A stretch of DNA of 64,000 nucleotides from positions 292 to 64,291 of the forward strand of contig JAAWSV010000009.1 in assembly GCA_022801715.1 (NCBI GenBank), read 5' to 3'. The position numbers and the translations under genes are program-made. This document shows, one piece after another, positions 7,425 to 17,034 of the stretch; positions within the stretch are counted from its first letter, which is position 1, and every line of letters begins with the position of its first letter. The DNA is from Oscillospiraceae bacterium. GTDB taxonomy: Bacteria > Bacillota > Clostridia > Oscillospirales > Oscillospiraceae. The notes beneath the pieces are model-generated. The model ran no database searches. It saw nothing but the letters and a program-made list of their open reading frames with translations, and was not told the origin of the DNA.

Positions 7425-8783
7425 ATGGGTAGAGTATCACCCCGGACGCTGTCCGGATTTATGGAGCTGCTGCCGCCCCAGCAGCAGCAGATGGAGCGGA
7501 TCATGTCCGCCCTCCGGGAGACCTACTCCCTCTACGGTTTCACCCCCCTTGACACCCCTCTCATCGAGGCCAGCGAGGTCCTCTTAGCCAAGGGCGGCGG
7601 GGAGACCGAGAAGCAGATCTACCGCTTCCAAAAAGGCGACGCCGACCTAAGCCTCCGCTTCGATCTCACCGTCCCCTTGGCCAAATATGTGGCCCTCCAC
7701 TACGGGGAACTCTCCTTCCCCTTCCGGCGCTATCAGATCGGGAAGGTCTACCGGGGGGAGCGGGCCCAGCGGGGCCGGTTCCGGGAGTTCTACCAGGCGG
7801 ATATAGACGTCATTGGCGACGGGCAGTTGAGCATTGTCAACGAGGCGGAGATTCCCGCTATTATCTACTCCACTTTTACAAAATTGGGCCTGAAACGCTT
7901 CCAAATCCGCGTAAATAATCGAAAAATCCTCAACGGCTTCTATGCCATGCTGGGCCTCAGTGAGAAGGCCGGAGACGTGATGCGCACGGTGGACAAGCTG
8001 GATAAAATCGGCCGGTCGGGGGTGGAGAAGGTCCTCACCGGGGAGATCGGCCTCACCGGGGAGCAGTGCGGAGAGATTTTGAATTTCATCGCCATTCAGG
8101 GGGATAACACCGCCGTCCTCAGCGCCTTGGAGGGCTACCGGGGGCGCCACCAGCTCTTTGACACCGGGCTGGATGAGCTCAGAACCGTGGTGGGCTCCTT
8201 GGCGGGCTTCGGGGTGCCGGAGGAGAACTTCGCCGTGGACCTGACCATCGCCCGGGGCCTGGACTACTACACCGGCACGGTCTACGAGACCACGCTTTTG
8301 GACCACCCGGAGATCGGCTCCGTGTGCTCCGGGGGGCGATATGATAACTTAGCGGAATACTACACCAGCAAGCAGCTCCCCGGCGTGGGAATCTCCATCG
8401 GATTGACCCGTTTGTTCTACATTTTGCAGGAGCAGGGCATGTTGAGTGAGGAGATGAACACCGCCCCAGCCGATGTGCTGATCCTGCCCATGACCGAGGA
8501 CCTCTCCCCCGCTATCGAGCTGGCCACCAGCCTGCGGCAGTCAGAGATCCGGGTGCAGGTCTACGCTGAGGAGAAGAAGTTTAAGCAGCGGATGGCCTAC
8601 GGCAATAAGATCGGGGTTCCCTTTGTGATCTTCTTAGGCGAGGATGAGATTGGCCAAGGGAAGGTGACGCTGAAGAATATGCGCACCGGTGAGCAGGAGA
8701 CTATGCTGAAGGACGAGGCCCGAACGAAAATCATCCTCTTCCAAGGACAGGACGACGCTATAGCGCCCATCCGAGAGGCGTGA
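7425..8783 (+). CDS. hisS: Histidyl-tRNA synthetase
   Basis: In-frame ATG 7425 with AAAGGAGAA RBS inside track ORF 6978..8783. Class II HisRS motifs LRFDLTVPLAKY, FRRYQIGKVYRGERAQRGRFREFYQADIDVIG, GGRYDNL. The upstream 149 codons are read-through of the repeat element. Confidence 0.93.
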   Translation: MGRVSPRTLSGFMELLPPQQQQMERIMSALRETYSLYGFTPLDTPLIEASEVLLAKGGGETEKQIYRFQKGDADLSLRFDLTVPLAKYVALHYGELSFPFRRYQIGKVYRGERAQRGRFREFYQADIDVIGDGQLSIVNEAEIPAIIYSTFTKLGLKRFQIRVNNRKILNGFYAMLGLSEKAGDVMRTVDKLDKIGRSGVEKVLTGEIGLTGEQCGEILNFIAIQGDNTAVLSALEGYRGRHQLFDTGLDELRTVVGSLAGFGVPEENFAVDLTIARGLDYYTGTVYETTLLDHPEIGSVCSGGRYDNLAEYYTSKQLPGVGISIGLTRLFYILQEQGMLSEEMNTAPADVLILPMTEDLSPAIELATSLRQSEIRVQVYAEEKKFKQRMAYGNKIGVPFVIFLGEDEIGQGKVTLKNMRTGEQETMLKDEARTKIILFQGQDDAIAPIREA

Positions 8784-9357
8784 AGGGGATGACTGCGGTG
8801 CGGTGGAGGTGGCTCATAGGCGCCGGGGCGGTGCTGGCGGCGGTAATCGCCGCCGGATGCCTGTGGTACGCGCGGCCTATGACGCTGGAAAAGCTGATTC
8901 CGGGGTTTTCTCTGGAGTACTGCCATATGATCACCCTTGACGCCACGGAGATGCGCTTCAGCGGGCACGAGATGGAGGAGGCCCGCGTGGAGCTGACGCC
9001 GGAGGACCCGGAGTTTGACCAGCTCCTCGCTCTGCTGGAGGGCCGCACCTACCACCCTCCCCTCTCCGCCGTCTGCTGGAGTGGAACGGATACCGGGCTC
9101 AGGACTGGGAGGTGGGCGACTTCTGCTGGACGATGACCTTGAGCAGAGGGGAGCTTTGGGAACCCTACGTGCGGTTTCGGAACTATTTGGGGAAGCTGCG
9201 TATCACCAGCATCAACGACCAACGCCTTTTAGCCAGCACAACGGAGCAGGAGAAGTGGATGCGGGAGATTTTGAAGATCGCCCAGCGGGCGAACGAGAGA
9301 AGAGACCGCGAGACGGAGGTGGAGGCACATCAGCGCCGGGACAGGGCGGTCGGATGA
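8780..9357 (+). pseudogene. Hypothetical membrane-anchored protein apparently split by a frameshift
   Basis: ORFs 8780..9136 and 9112..9357 overlap in different frames. My translation of the second frame stays open back to 9019 and reads ...PPSPLRRLLEWNGYRAQDWEVGDFCWTM..., so one indel in the C-run near 9059-9062 would fuse them. N-terminal TM segment WLIGAGAVLAAVIAAG. Confidence 0.4.
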
Positions 9358-9367
9358 GGAGGTACCG

Positions 9368-9640
9368 ATTTCCAGAGCGTCCCGGTTGACGGGGAACAGC
9401 GCGCCGGGTCGTCGCGACCTATGGAGAATTGCGTTTTCGGATATGGTTTGTGAAAACGGGTGGAGGGGCAGGTATCACCCGCACGTCCCCAGTACGGTGA
9501 GTGTCGATGGAGCGGGCGCACAATGTGCGCCCCTACAGACGGGTTATCGGAACATTCCGGTTGACGAGGGGCAGGCCGGTGAGGACACCGGCCCCTACGG
9601 ATGGTTGCGTAGTAAGGCCACCAAAAAGCATCACCACCAA
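9368..9640 (+). repeat. REP/BIME-like mosaic cluster R2
   Basis: AGCGCGCCGGGTCGTCGCGACC-TATGG (9398-9424), GGGCGCACAATGTGCGCCC-CTACA (9514-9537), GGCCGGTGAGGACACCGGCC-CCTACGG (9574-9600). The linkers (GGTTTGTGAAAAC, ATTCCGGTTGACGAGGGG) are shared with the other clusters. Confidence 0.85.
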
Positions 9641-9678
9641 GCACGGCGGCCTCTGCCGTACTGGGTCAGCGAAACAAA
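9641..9678 (+). repeat. 5' fragment of the ~356-nt element (truncated copy)
   Basis: GCACGGCGGCCTCTGCCGTACTGGGTCAGCGAAACAA matches the first ~40 nt of the full copies. Similarity then stops ~75 nt before the aspS start. Confidence 0.6.
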
Positions 9679-9755
9679 CAGCCAAAAGATATCATTCCCA
9701 ATGGTAATATCCTATGGAAGCAATACACATTGTAATAGAAAAGAGGAGCAAATCT

Positions 9756-11534
9756 ATGATGCAGAACCGCACACACAACTGCAATGAGCTGCGCATGGAG
9801 CACGTGGGGCAGCACGTCACCTTGGTGGGGTGGATGGAGAATGTCCGGGAGGTGGGGCAGAATTTCGCCTTTGTCGTGCTCCGGGACTTCTACGGCACCA
9901 CACAGGTCGTGGTGGAGGACGAGGGGATGATGGCCAAGATCAAGGACATCAACAAGGAGTCCACCATCTCTGTCACCGGCACGGTCCGGGAGCGGGACAG
10001 CAAGAACCCCAAGCTCCCCACCGGTGACATTGAGGTGGTGCCGGAGAAAATTGAGATTTTGGGCCGCTGCCGGTACAATGAGCTCCCCTTCCCTATCAAC
10101 CGCAGCCGGGAGGCCGACGAGACCCAGCGGCTGAAGTACCGCTACTTGGACCTTCGGAATCCCGAGGTGAAAAAAAATATCATTCTCCGCTGCAACGTGA
10201 TCTTCGCCCTGCGGAAGGCCATGATCGAGCACGATTTCTTGGATATCACCACGCCGATCCTGACCGCCTCCTCCCCGGAGGGGGCCCGGGACTACTTGGT
10301 GCCCGCCCGGAAGCATCCGGGGAAGTTCTACGCCCTGCCGCAGGCGCCCCAGCAGTTCAAGCAGCTCCTGATGGTCTCCGGCTTTGACCGGTATTTTCAG
10401 ATCGCCCCCTGCTTCAGAGACGAGGATGCCCGGGGGGACCGCTCGCCGGGTGAGTTCTATCAGCTGGACATGGAGATGTCCTTCGCCGGACAGGACGATG
10501 TGTTCTCGGTGATCGAGGATGTGTTCCCACCGATCTTTGCCCAGTATGGTCTGTACAACACCGCCAGCACTGCGCCGTTTAAGAGAATCCCCTACTTGGA
10601 GTCCATGGAGACCTACGGCACGGACAAGCCGGACCTGCGGATTGATCTGACCGTGACAGACGCCACGGAGCTGCTCTCTGACTGCGGCTTTGAACCCTTC
10701 TCCGGGAACACGGTAAAGGCCGTGGTGGTCTCGGACTTTTCCGCCACAAGGAAGCAGATCGACAAGCTCTGCGCCGATGTGGAGGTGCAGTCCGGGAACA
10801 AGTGCTACTGGTTCCGCACCGATGAGCAGGGGCAAATCGTTGGCGGGATCGCCAAGTTTGTCTCCGAGAGGGCCGAGGAGATCAAAGCGGCCTTGGGAAT
10901 GGGGAACAACACCTTTGTGGGGCTCACCGCCGGGAAGCGGGAGACAGCCCAGAAGACCGCCGGCGTGCTGCGGAACAAGCTGGGTGCCCTGTGCCCCAAC
11001 CACATGGACAAGGAACGGTACGAGTTCTGCTGGATTGTTGATTTCCCCATGTATGAGATCGGTGAGGAGAGCGGCGAGCTGGAGTTCTGCCACAACCCCT
11101 TCTCCATGCCCAACGGCGGACTGGAGATTTTGAAGAAGGCCGCCGCGGGGGAGGTCGATCCCCTGAGCATCACGGCCTTCCAGTACGACTTGGTATGCAA
11201 CGGCGTGGAGCTGAGCTCCGGCGCGGTGCGAAACCACGATCCGGAGATTATGATCGAGGCCTTCCGCATGGTGCGCTTGGGGGAGGACGATGTGAAATCC
11301 AAGTTCCCCGCCATGTACAACGCCTTCTGCTACGGGGCGCCGCCCCACGCCGGGATTGCTCCCGGTGTGGACAGAATGGTGATGCTGTTGGCTGGGGAGG
11401 AGAGCATCCGGGAGATTATTCCCTTCCCCATGAACAAGAACGCGCAGGACTTGATGATGGGCGCGCCCAGCTTTGTGGAGCAGAAGCAGTTGGATGAGCT
11501 GCACATTGCGGTGACAGAGCAGGAGGAGGAGTAG
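9756..11534 (+). CDS. aspS: Aspartyl-tRNA synthetase
   Basis: In-frame ATG 9756 with AGAGGAG RBS inside ORF 9714..11534. N-terminal OB fold (VTLVGWMENVREVGQNFAFVVLRD) and class II motifs FFQIAPCFRDEDARGDRSPGEFYQLD, GVELSSGAVRNHD, GAPPHAGIAPGVDRMVMLL. Confidence 0.95.
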   Translation: MMQNRTHNCNELRMEHVGQHVTLVGWMENVREVGQNFAFVVLRDFYGTTQVVVEDEGMMAKIKDINKESTISVTGTVRERDSKNPKLPTGDIEVVPEKIEILGRCRYNELPFPINRSREADETQRLKYRYLDLRNPEVKKNIILRCNVIFALRKAMIEHDFLDITTPILTASSPEGARDYLVPARKHPGKFYALPQAPQQFKQLLMVSGFDRYFQIAPCFRDEDARGDRSPGEFYQLDMEMSFAGQDDVFSVIEDVFPPIFAQYGLYNTASTAPFKRIPYLESMETYGTDKPDLRIDLTVTDATELLSDCGFEPFSGNTVKAVVVSDFSATRKQIDKLCADVEVQSGNKCYWFRTDEQGQIVGGIAKFVSERAEEIKAALGMGNNTFVGLTAGKRETAQKTAGVLRNKLGALCPNHMDKERYEFCWIVDFPMYEIGEESGELEFCHNPFSMPNGGLEILKKAAAGEVDPLSITAFQYDLVCNGVELSSGAVRNHDPEIMIEAFRMVRLGEDDVKSKFPAMYNAFCYGAPPHAGIAPGVDRMVMLLAGEESIREIIPFPMNKNAQDLMMGAPSFVEQKQLDELHIAVTEQEEE

Positions 11535-11572
11535 TATCCCACGCCGCAGCATTTTTTGGGGGACCGCTCGGC

Positions 11573-11602
11573 GGGAGGCCGGCCCGGTAGGGCCGGCCTC
11601 CC
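11573..11602 (+). terminator. GC-rich hairpin downstream of aspS
   Basis: GGGAGGCCGGCCC ggta GGGCCGGCCTCCC, a perfect 13-bp stem. The T-tract after it is weak (TTAT). Confidence 0.5.
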
Positions 11603-11963
11603 TTATCCACAGTCAGGAGGACAGGCCGGTGAGGACACCGGCCCTACGGGTGGGCTTATTGAGAGTATCTGTGGGCCGCAACCTTTGGCAAGGGAGGTTA
11701 AGGCGCGAAACACCATAATTGCCCAGCCCGGTGATTGTCGGTAGAGCAGGCGCACAATGTGCGCCCCTACAAATGGTTTACCGAAGTACTCTGATTGACG
11801 AGGGACGGCGCGCCGAGGTCGTCGCGCCCTACGGAGGGGGTAACGGACCATCCCGTTGTCGGGGGGCGGGCCGGTGAGGACACCGGCCCCTACGGAGGGT
11901 TTTGGTGGATCATCCCAAGGAGAGTAGGCGGCCACAGGCCGCCCCTACAACCGTTACCGGCAG
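11603..11963 (+). repeat. REP/BIME-like mosaic cluster R3
   Basis: Family A at 11634 and 11868, family C at 11748-11771, family B at 11807-11834, each followed by CTAC. Confidence 0.85.
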
Positions 11964-12320
11964 GCACGGCGGCATTTGCTGCACTGGGCCAGCGCAGCAA
12001 CCATCAAGCTCCGGGGGCAAGTCGTGGCGAGGGAGGTAGAGCGGCAGCGGATGTTTACCACAAAACTAAAGACGGGGGTACGCTTTCAGGACACCTTCAT
12101 CTAAGCGAGAGCTACCGCCGCCGCGTCCGAAGCACTAAGCTGAAATCCCACACCAGTCTACCGAAGCGGCGCCGCGTCTTGGGGTTCTTAGGGGGTAGCG
12201 AATAAGGACTGTGCCCCCAAGGGGGGCTAAAGCCCGCCTGAGCGGACACCTAAGCAGCCTTTTGCTGACTTTTGGGCTGTGCCAAAAGTCAGTCGCCCCG
12301 GGGGGCGAAACCCCCGTCCC
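11964..12320 (+). repeat. Dispersed ~356-nt element, copy 2
   Basis: Colinear with copies 1, 3 and 4. Hairpins GCCCCC aa GGGGGC, CTGACTTTTGG gctgtg CCAAAAGTCAG (12265-12292) and CGGGGGG cgaaa CCCCCG at the 3' end. Confidence 0.85.
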
Positions 12321-12490
12321 TTCCCCGCGCCGGGGCGGCGCGGAAAAAGGGCATGGATCGTCCACTGCACTGTTAAAAGAAAACTTTTGCCCCTGTGGGA
12401 ACACTCACCACACATCACTGCATTTCAAACAAACTACAAAGCCAAAAACTCAAACCAATCAATTTTATAAACCTGATTTAACAAAAAACG

Positions 12491-13726
12491 ATGAAAACAC
12501 TTATTATTAAAACAATTTCCCTCCTTCTCCTCCTCCTTCTTCTGACCGGCTGCACCGTGCAGATGGCCCCGTTGGAGGAAGATCCTCCCCCCACTGGGAC
12601 AAATCAGCCCTCCACTCCGCCGGAAATACCCCCGGAGAGCAAGGACACGCCTGTCGCGCCGGCGCTCACACCCCGTGAGACACTGATCCGGAGCTGTCAG
12701 CAGTTTATGACAACAGAGGAAAAGGTCGGACAGCTGTTCTTTGTCCGATGCCCAGAGGTCAATGCCGCCCTGGATGTGGAGGAGTACCACTTAGGGGGAT
12801 TGCTGCTCTTCGGGCGGGACTTTAAGGATCGGACCGCCGAGGCGGTGACCGGCAATATTGAGAGCTATCAGCGGGCCGCAAGGTCCGAATTTCCCCTGCC
12901 TCTGCTGGTCGGTGTGGATGAGGAGGGGGGCAGCGTGGTCCGGGTCAGCTCCAACCGGAACCTGTGGGACCACACCTTCGCCTCCCCCCAGAAGCTCTAC
13001 GGCGAGGGCGGACTGGACCGGGTGCGGGAGGATGCGGCGGAGAAATGCCGGATGCTCAACACCTACGGGATCAATGTGAACTTCGCACCAGTGGCCGATG
13101 TGTCCACCAATCCGGGGGATTTTATTTACAAGCGGTCCCTTGGGCAGGACGCGGAAACCACCGCGGCGTACACTGCGGCGGTGGTTGGGGTGATGGATGA
13201 AAACGGGGTGGGGGCGGTGCTCAAGCACTTCCCCGGCTATGGGAACAATGCGGATACACATACCGGGATTGCCGTGGATTCGCGGGAATATGGGCAGTTT
13301 GTGGAGGAGGACTTCCTCCCCTTCCAGTCCGGAATGGCCGCGGGAAACGCCGCGATGCTGGTGAGCCATAACATTGTCACCTGCATGGACGACACCCTCC
13401 CCGCCTCCCTGTCGCCGGAGGTACACCGGGTGCTCCGGGAGGAACTGGGGTTTGACGGGGTGGTGCTCACCGACGACCTGGCGATGGGGGCCATCGACCA
13501 GTACACCAACGACGGCAGCGCCGCGGTGCTGGCGATTTTAGCCGGGAACGACATGGTGGTTACCACCGACTATCACCGGCAGATCCCCTTGGTGGTGGCT
13601 GCGGTGGAAACCGGGGAGATTCCCATGGAGATCATCGACGCCGCCTTGGGGCGGGTGATCGGGTGGAAATACGACCTAGGATTGATTGACGACGGGGATA
13701 TTGTGACACCGGAGGGTTTGACATGA
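12491..13726 (+). CDS. Glycoside hydrolase family 3 beta-N-acetylhexosaminidase-like lipoprotein
   Basis: 411 aa. Lipoprotein signal MKTLIIKTISLLLLLLLLTGC. GH3 motifs GVDEEGGSVVRV, KHFPGYGNNADTHTG, GFDGVVLTDDLAMGA. Confidence 0.85.
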   Translation: MKTLIIKTISLLLLLLLLTGCTVQMAPLEEDPPPTGTNQPSTPPEIPPESKDTPVAPALTPRETLIRSCQQFMTTEEKVGQLFFVRCPEVNAALDVEEYHLGGLLLFGRDFKDRTAEAVTGNIESYQRAARSEFPLPLLVGVDEEGGSVVRVSSNRNLWDHTFASPQKLYGEGGLDRVREDAAEKCRMLNTYGINVNFAPVADVSTNPGDFIYKRSLGQDAETTAAYTAAVVGVMDENGVGAVLKHFPGYGNNADTHTGIAVDSREYGQFVEEDFLPFQSGMAAGNAAMLVSHNIVTCMDDTLPASLSPEVHRVLREELGFDGVVLTDDLAMGAIDQYTNDGSAAVLAILAGNDMVVTTDYHRQIPLVVAAVETGEIPMEIIDAALGRVIGWKYDLGLIDDGDIVTPEGLT

Positions 13727-14886
13727 CGGAGAAGCTCTACTATAGCGACCCCTTTTTAATGGATTTCACCGCTGCCGTGTTGTCCTGTGAGATGGTGACA
13801 GACGCCTATCGGGTGGTGCTGGACCGCACCGCCTTCTATCCCGAGGGGGGTGGACAGCCGGCGGATGTCGGTATTCTGAACGGCGGCAGCTCAGGCGGCG
13901 TCAGCGTCCAGGATGTGCGGGAGAAGGACGGGGAGATCGTCCACTTCTGTGATCGGCCCATCCCTGTGGGGACGGAGGTGACGGGGCAGGTGGATGTCCC
14001 CGTCCGGTTCGACCACATGCAGCAGCACAGCGGGGAGCACATTGTCAGCGGCATAATCTGTAGACACTACAGCTGTGAGAATGTGGGATTCCACTTGGGG
14101 AAGGACACGGTAATGATCGACTTCAACGTGGTAATCCCCCCGGAGGACCTGCCCGAGATCGAACGGGAGGCCAACGGGTATATCTGGCGGGACCAAGCGG
14201 TGGAGATCGAGCTTCTCAGCGGGGAGGCACTGGCGAAAAAGCACTATCGGAGTAAGAAGGAGATCCCCGGTGAGGTGCGGATTGTCACCTTCCCCGGGGC
14301 GGACTGCTGCGCCTGCTGCGGTACGCACGTTCTCCGGGCGGGACAGGTGGGCCTTGTGAAGCTGCTCAGCTGTCAGAAGCTCCGGGAGGGGGTGCGGATC
14401 GAGCTCCTCTGCGGCGGGCGGGCGGTCAATTACTGCGCCGCTGTCATAGAGCAGAACACGGGCATCTCCCAGCTGCTGTCAGCCAAGCCTCTGGCCACCC
14501 TGTCGGCGGTGGAACGGCAGCAACAGGAGCTGAACACTCTGCGGGGGCGGGTCCTTGCCTTGGAGGAGGAGAGTTTTACACAGAAAGCGGCGGAGCACGC
14601 CGGGGCCGGGGATGTGGTGCTCTTTGAGGGTGACATGGCCCCGGACAGCCTCCGGCGGCTCTGCGACGCGGTACTCCGCGCCTGCGGCGGGCGGTGTGCG
14701 GTATTTGCCGGCGGGGAGACCTCTGGGTACAAGTACGCCATCGGCGATGGCGGGCGGGATGTACGGCCGTTGGTGCAGGAGCTCAACCGCCGGTTGGGGG
14801 GCCGCGGCGGCGGCAAGCCGCATTTTGCACAGGGGAGTGTTTTTGCTTCCAAGGAGGCGATTGAGAGGGCTTTGAGGGAGCTTTAA
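13723..14886 (+). CDS. AlaX-type alanyl-tRNA editing protein (AlaRS second additional domain plus DHHA1-like C-terminus)
   Basis: 387 aa. DRTAFYPEGGGQPADVG, zinc/editing motifs HSGEHIV and CCGTHV, C-terminal GGRGGGKPHFAQG. Its start overlaps the previous stop (ATGA). Confidence 0.85.
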   Translation: MTEKLYYSDPFLMDFTAAVLSCEMVTDAYRVVLDRTAFYPEGGGQPADVGILNGGSSGGVSVQDVREKDGEIVHFCDRPIPVGTEVTGQVDVPVRFDHMQQHSGEHIVSGIICRHYSCENVGFHLGKDTVMIDFNVVIPPEDLPEIEREANGYIWRDQAVEIELLSGEALAKKHYRSKKEIPGEVRIVTFPGADCCACCGTHVLRAGQVGLVKLLSCQKLREGVRIELLCGGRAVNYCAAVIEQNTGISQLLSAKPLATLSAVERQQQELNTLRGRVLALEEESFTQKAAEHAGAGDVVLFEGDMAPDSLRRLCDAVLRACGGRCAVFAGGETSGYKYAIGDGGRDVRPLVQELNRRLGGRGGGKPHFAQGSVFASKEAIERALREL

Positions 14887-14935
14887 GCAGTACGGTACTG
14901 TTGGAGGCTTTTATCGTGCCGCAGCGGCGCGGGAC

Positions 14936-14966
14936 AAGAGGACGGGGGTTTCACCCCCGTCCTCTT
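14936..14966. terminator. Hairpin between convergent genes
   Basis: AAGAGGACGGGGG tttca CCCCCGTCCTCTT, a 13-bp perfect stem between the AlaX stop (14886) and the LtaS-like stop (15012). No clear U-tract on either strand. Confidence 0.5.
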
Positions 14967-15011
14967 CCACGCTAAACACGGCGCGATAAAGCGGTGTGTC
15001 CCGCTGGGTAC

Positions 15012-16820
15012 TCAACTGTATGATGTCTGTCTCCAAAAATCGCTGGCCAGCAGGAGTGAGGAAATTTTTCTTCTCTTTACCGCTTCCTCTGTGCTCCCTC
15101 CCCCGTAACAGGTGTTATCATTGAAAAACACGTACCCTCCCCCATCGGAGAAGGCGTCATCCCCGGTGAGATAGGCATATTGGGCATCCAATCCAAAGAG
15201 ATTTGCGAGCGTGGGCAGCACATCTATGCTGGAGGTGATCTTTTCCACCTGCCGGGGAGGCAGATCCTTGGAGTAGATGAAGAAATCCGTGTGCTGAAGG
15301 AGGTCGAGGGTGTCCACACCCTTGATGTCCATATTCAGCGCATCATTCATCATGTAGTAGTTATAGTGGTCAGCGTAGAACACTACGGCGGTGTTCTCCA
15401 AGAGGCCGTCGGCCTCCAATTTCTCCATTAAGAGCCGAACGAACTCGTCCGTCTCCATGGCGTGGCCGACGGCGTAGACGTAGTTGCCGTCGGTACGGAG
15501 GGCGGCCTGTCGGGCGGCTGCGGCGTGGCGCTGGAAGATGGGATTCTCCTCTGTGTAGGGGCCGTGGCCGGAGTAGGTGATGATGAAGCTGAAGAAACGG
15601 TCGCCGGCGGTGATGGCATCGTAGGCGGAGAGGAGCTGGCTGTCCAAGGTGTGGTCCGCCATACCCATATTCTCACCGCTGTGGTAGGCCTCGTAGCCCA
15701 AGTTCTCATGGATGGGACCTCGGTTGTAGACCTCAGAACCGCTGCCGTGGAAGGAGTTGGCCGTGTAACCGGCGGCACGGAAGAGCTGAGGCAGGGCGTT
15801 GGGGAAGGCATTCTGGGTGTAGACGGACACCGAGGTCCCTGAGGCGGCCGGCAGGAGGCCGGTATTCACCATAAACTCCGTATTGAAGGTACCAGCGGTA
15901 ATATAGGCCGGGGTGTAATGGTTGGTAAACACCATACTCTGCTCCTTCACCGCCTGTAGGGCCGGCATGTAGTCCACCATCCATGTGTCAATGGCTTCCA
16001 ACTGCACTAAAATGAGATTTTTCCCCGCCAAGAGGCCGGTCATTTCGTTATCCGCATGGGGGCGGGCGGCGGCGAAGGCGGCGATCTCCTCCGCCTCGGC
16101 GTCAGTGAGCTGGGTACTGCGGGGCAGGAGGCGCTGGAGATCCCGGAAGGTGTACTGGTAGATGCCTAACATGGTGAGACAGGCGCGGCTGTCGGAGAAA
16201 TCGTCGTAGAGAAAGGCCGGGTCACCGGTCTGATCCCAGATGACCGCCTGAGAGGTGCCCAAGAGAAAAAAGCGGGCGCATAGAAGAAGTACAACAGAGA
16301 GCACCATCCCGGTGACACCGGGGAGCCAGCAGGGGCTGGCTGCTCTGGGGGACAGGGTCGCGGCAAAGAGCATCAGGGCGAGGCAGAGGAGAATCCAAGC
16401 CAGCAGGGCCCTGCGGATCACCAAATAACTCAGATCCGCGAAGGCGGCGCCATCCCCGGCAAATACCATGTCGGAGAAGGAGAAAAATTTGCGGAACATA
16501 TTGATATAGACCCCGTGGACAATGCAGAGGACTGAGGCGAGAATCCCCACAAGGGCCATATAGACCCGCCGGACCATCCCCGGCAGCAAGGCGGCAACAG
16601 CGGTGAGGAGCAGCGCCCAGAGGAAAGTGAAGGGCATCAGGCGCAGGACGTTGCGCAGCCCCACCGTCTGGGCAAAGCGGCAGCACCAGCGGAGGCCCAA
16701 GTCCAACAGCACTATGCCAGCGTAAAAGAGAATCAGATGGAGGCAGGGGGTCAGCCGGGGAAAACGGGCCGACAGGGCCTGATAGAGACGATGATCAGTC
16801 TTTCGGAAGGGGTGAGACAT
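15012..16820 (-). CDS. LTA synthase family protein (membrane-anchored sulfatase/phosphoglycerol transferase)
   Basis: Track ORF 15012..16829. ATG at 16820 has an AAAGGA RBS. N-terminal multi-TM region followed by a sulfatase-type domain (LVQLEAIDTW, AGTFNTEF, FHGSGSEVYNR, FYADHYNYY). Confidence 0.85.
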   Translation of the reverse strand: MSHPFRKTDHRLYQALSARFPRLTPCLHLILFYAGIVLLDLGLRWCCRFAQTVGLRNVLRLMPFTFLWALLLTAVAALLPGMVRRVYMALVGILASVLCIVHGVYINMFRKFFSFSDMVFAGDGAAFADLSYLVIRRALLAWILLCLALMLFAATLSPRAASPCWLPGVTGMVLSVVLLLCARFFLLGTSQAVIWDQTGDPAFLYDDFSDSRACLTMLGIYQYTFRDLQRLLPRSTQLTDAEAEEIAAFAAARPHADNEMTGLLAGKNLILVQLEAIDTWMVDYMPALQAVKEQSMVFTNHYTPAYITAGTFNTEFMVNTGLLPAASGTSVSVYTQNAFPNALPQLFRAAGYTANSFHGSGSEVYNRGPIHENLGYEAYHSGENMGMADHTLDSQLLSAYDAITAGDRFFSFIITYSGHGPYTEENPIFQRHAAAARQAALRTDGNYVYAVGHAMETDEFVRLLMEKLEADGLLENTAVVFYADHYNYYMMNDALNMDIKGVDTLDLLQHTDFFIYSKDLPPRQVEKITSSIDVLPTLANLFGLDAQYAYLTGDDAFSDGGGYVFFNDNTCYGGGSTEEAVKRRKISSLLLASDFWRQTSYS

Positions 16821-16907
16821 GGAAAACAAGTCCTTTCTCTGTGTTGTCCCCTATCATAGCACAGCGGTGGGAAAAATGCACAGGAAATGGGGAAAATTAA
16901 GAAAAAA

Positions 16908-16947
16908 TTAAAAAAGCGGTGCCTCCCAGTTAACAGGAGGCACCGCT
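16908..16947 (-). terminator. Intrinsic terminator of glyQS
   Basis: Minus strand reads AGCGGTGCCTCC tgttaactg GGAGGCACCGCT followed by TTTTTT. Confidence 0.85.
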
Positions 16948-17034
16948 ATAAAACAGAAACAAATCAAAAACAACAGGAACAGGCGGCGGTTTATCAAACT
17001 TAATTAACGAAATCCACCCCACAATTCCTAATTC

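Noticed and set aside
9666-11552. 628-aa minus-strand ORF opposite aspS. Analogous ORFs are 7..1101 opposite soj, 30948..32822 opposite gyrA, 44214..45806 opposite the AKR gene, 46067..47002 opposite the Na/Pi gene, 29264..30433 opposite gyrB and 17350..18339 opposite glyQS.
   Set aside because: Where I checked (offsets 48, 54, 489, 15 and 183, all divisible by 3), each shares the codon register of a confidently identified gene on the other strand. All have featureless, high-GC-biased translations. This is the classic shadow-ORF artefact.
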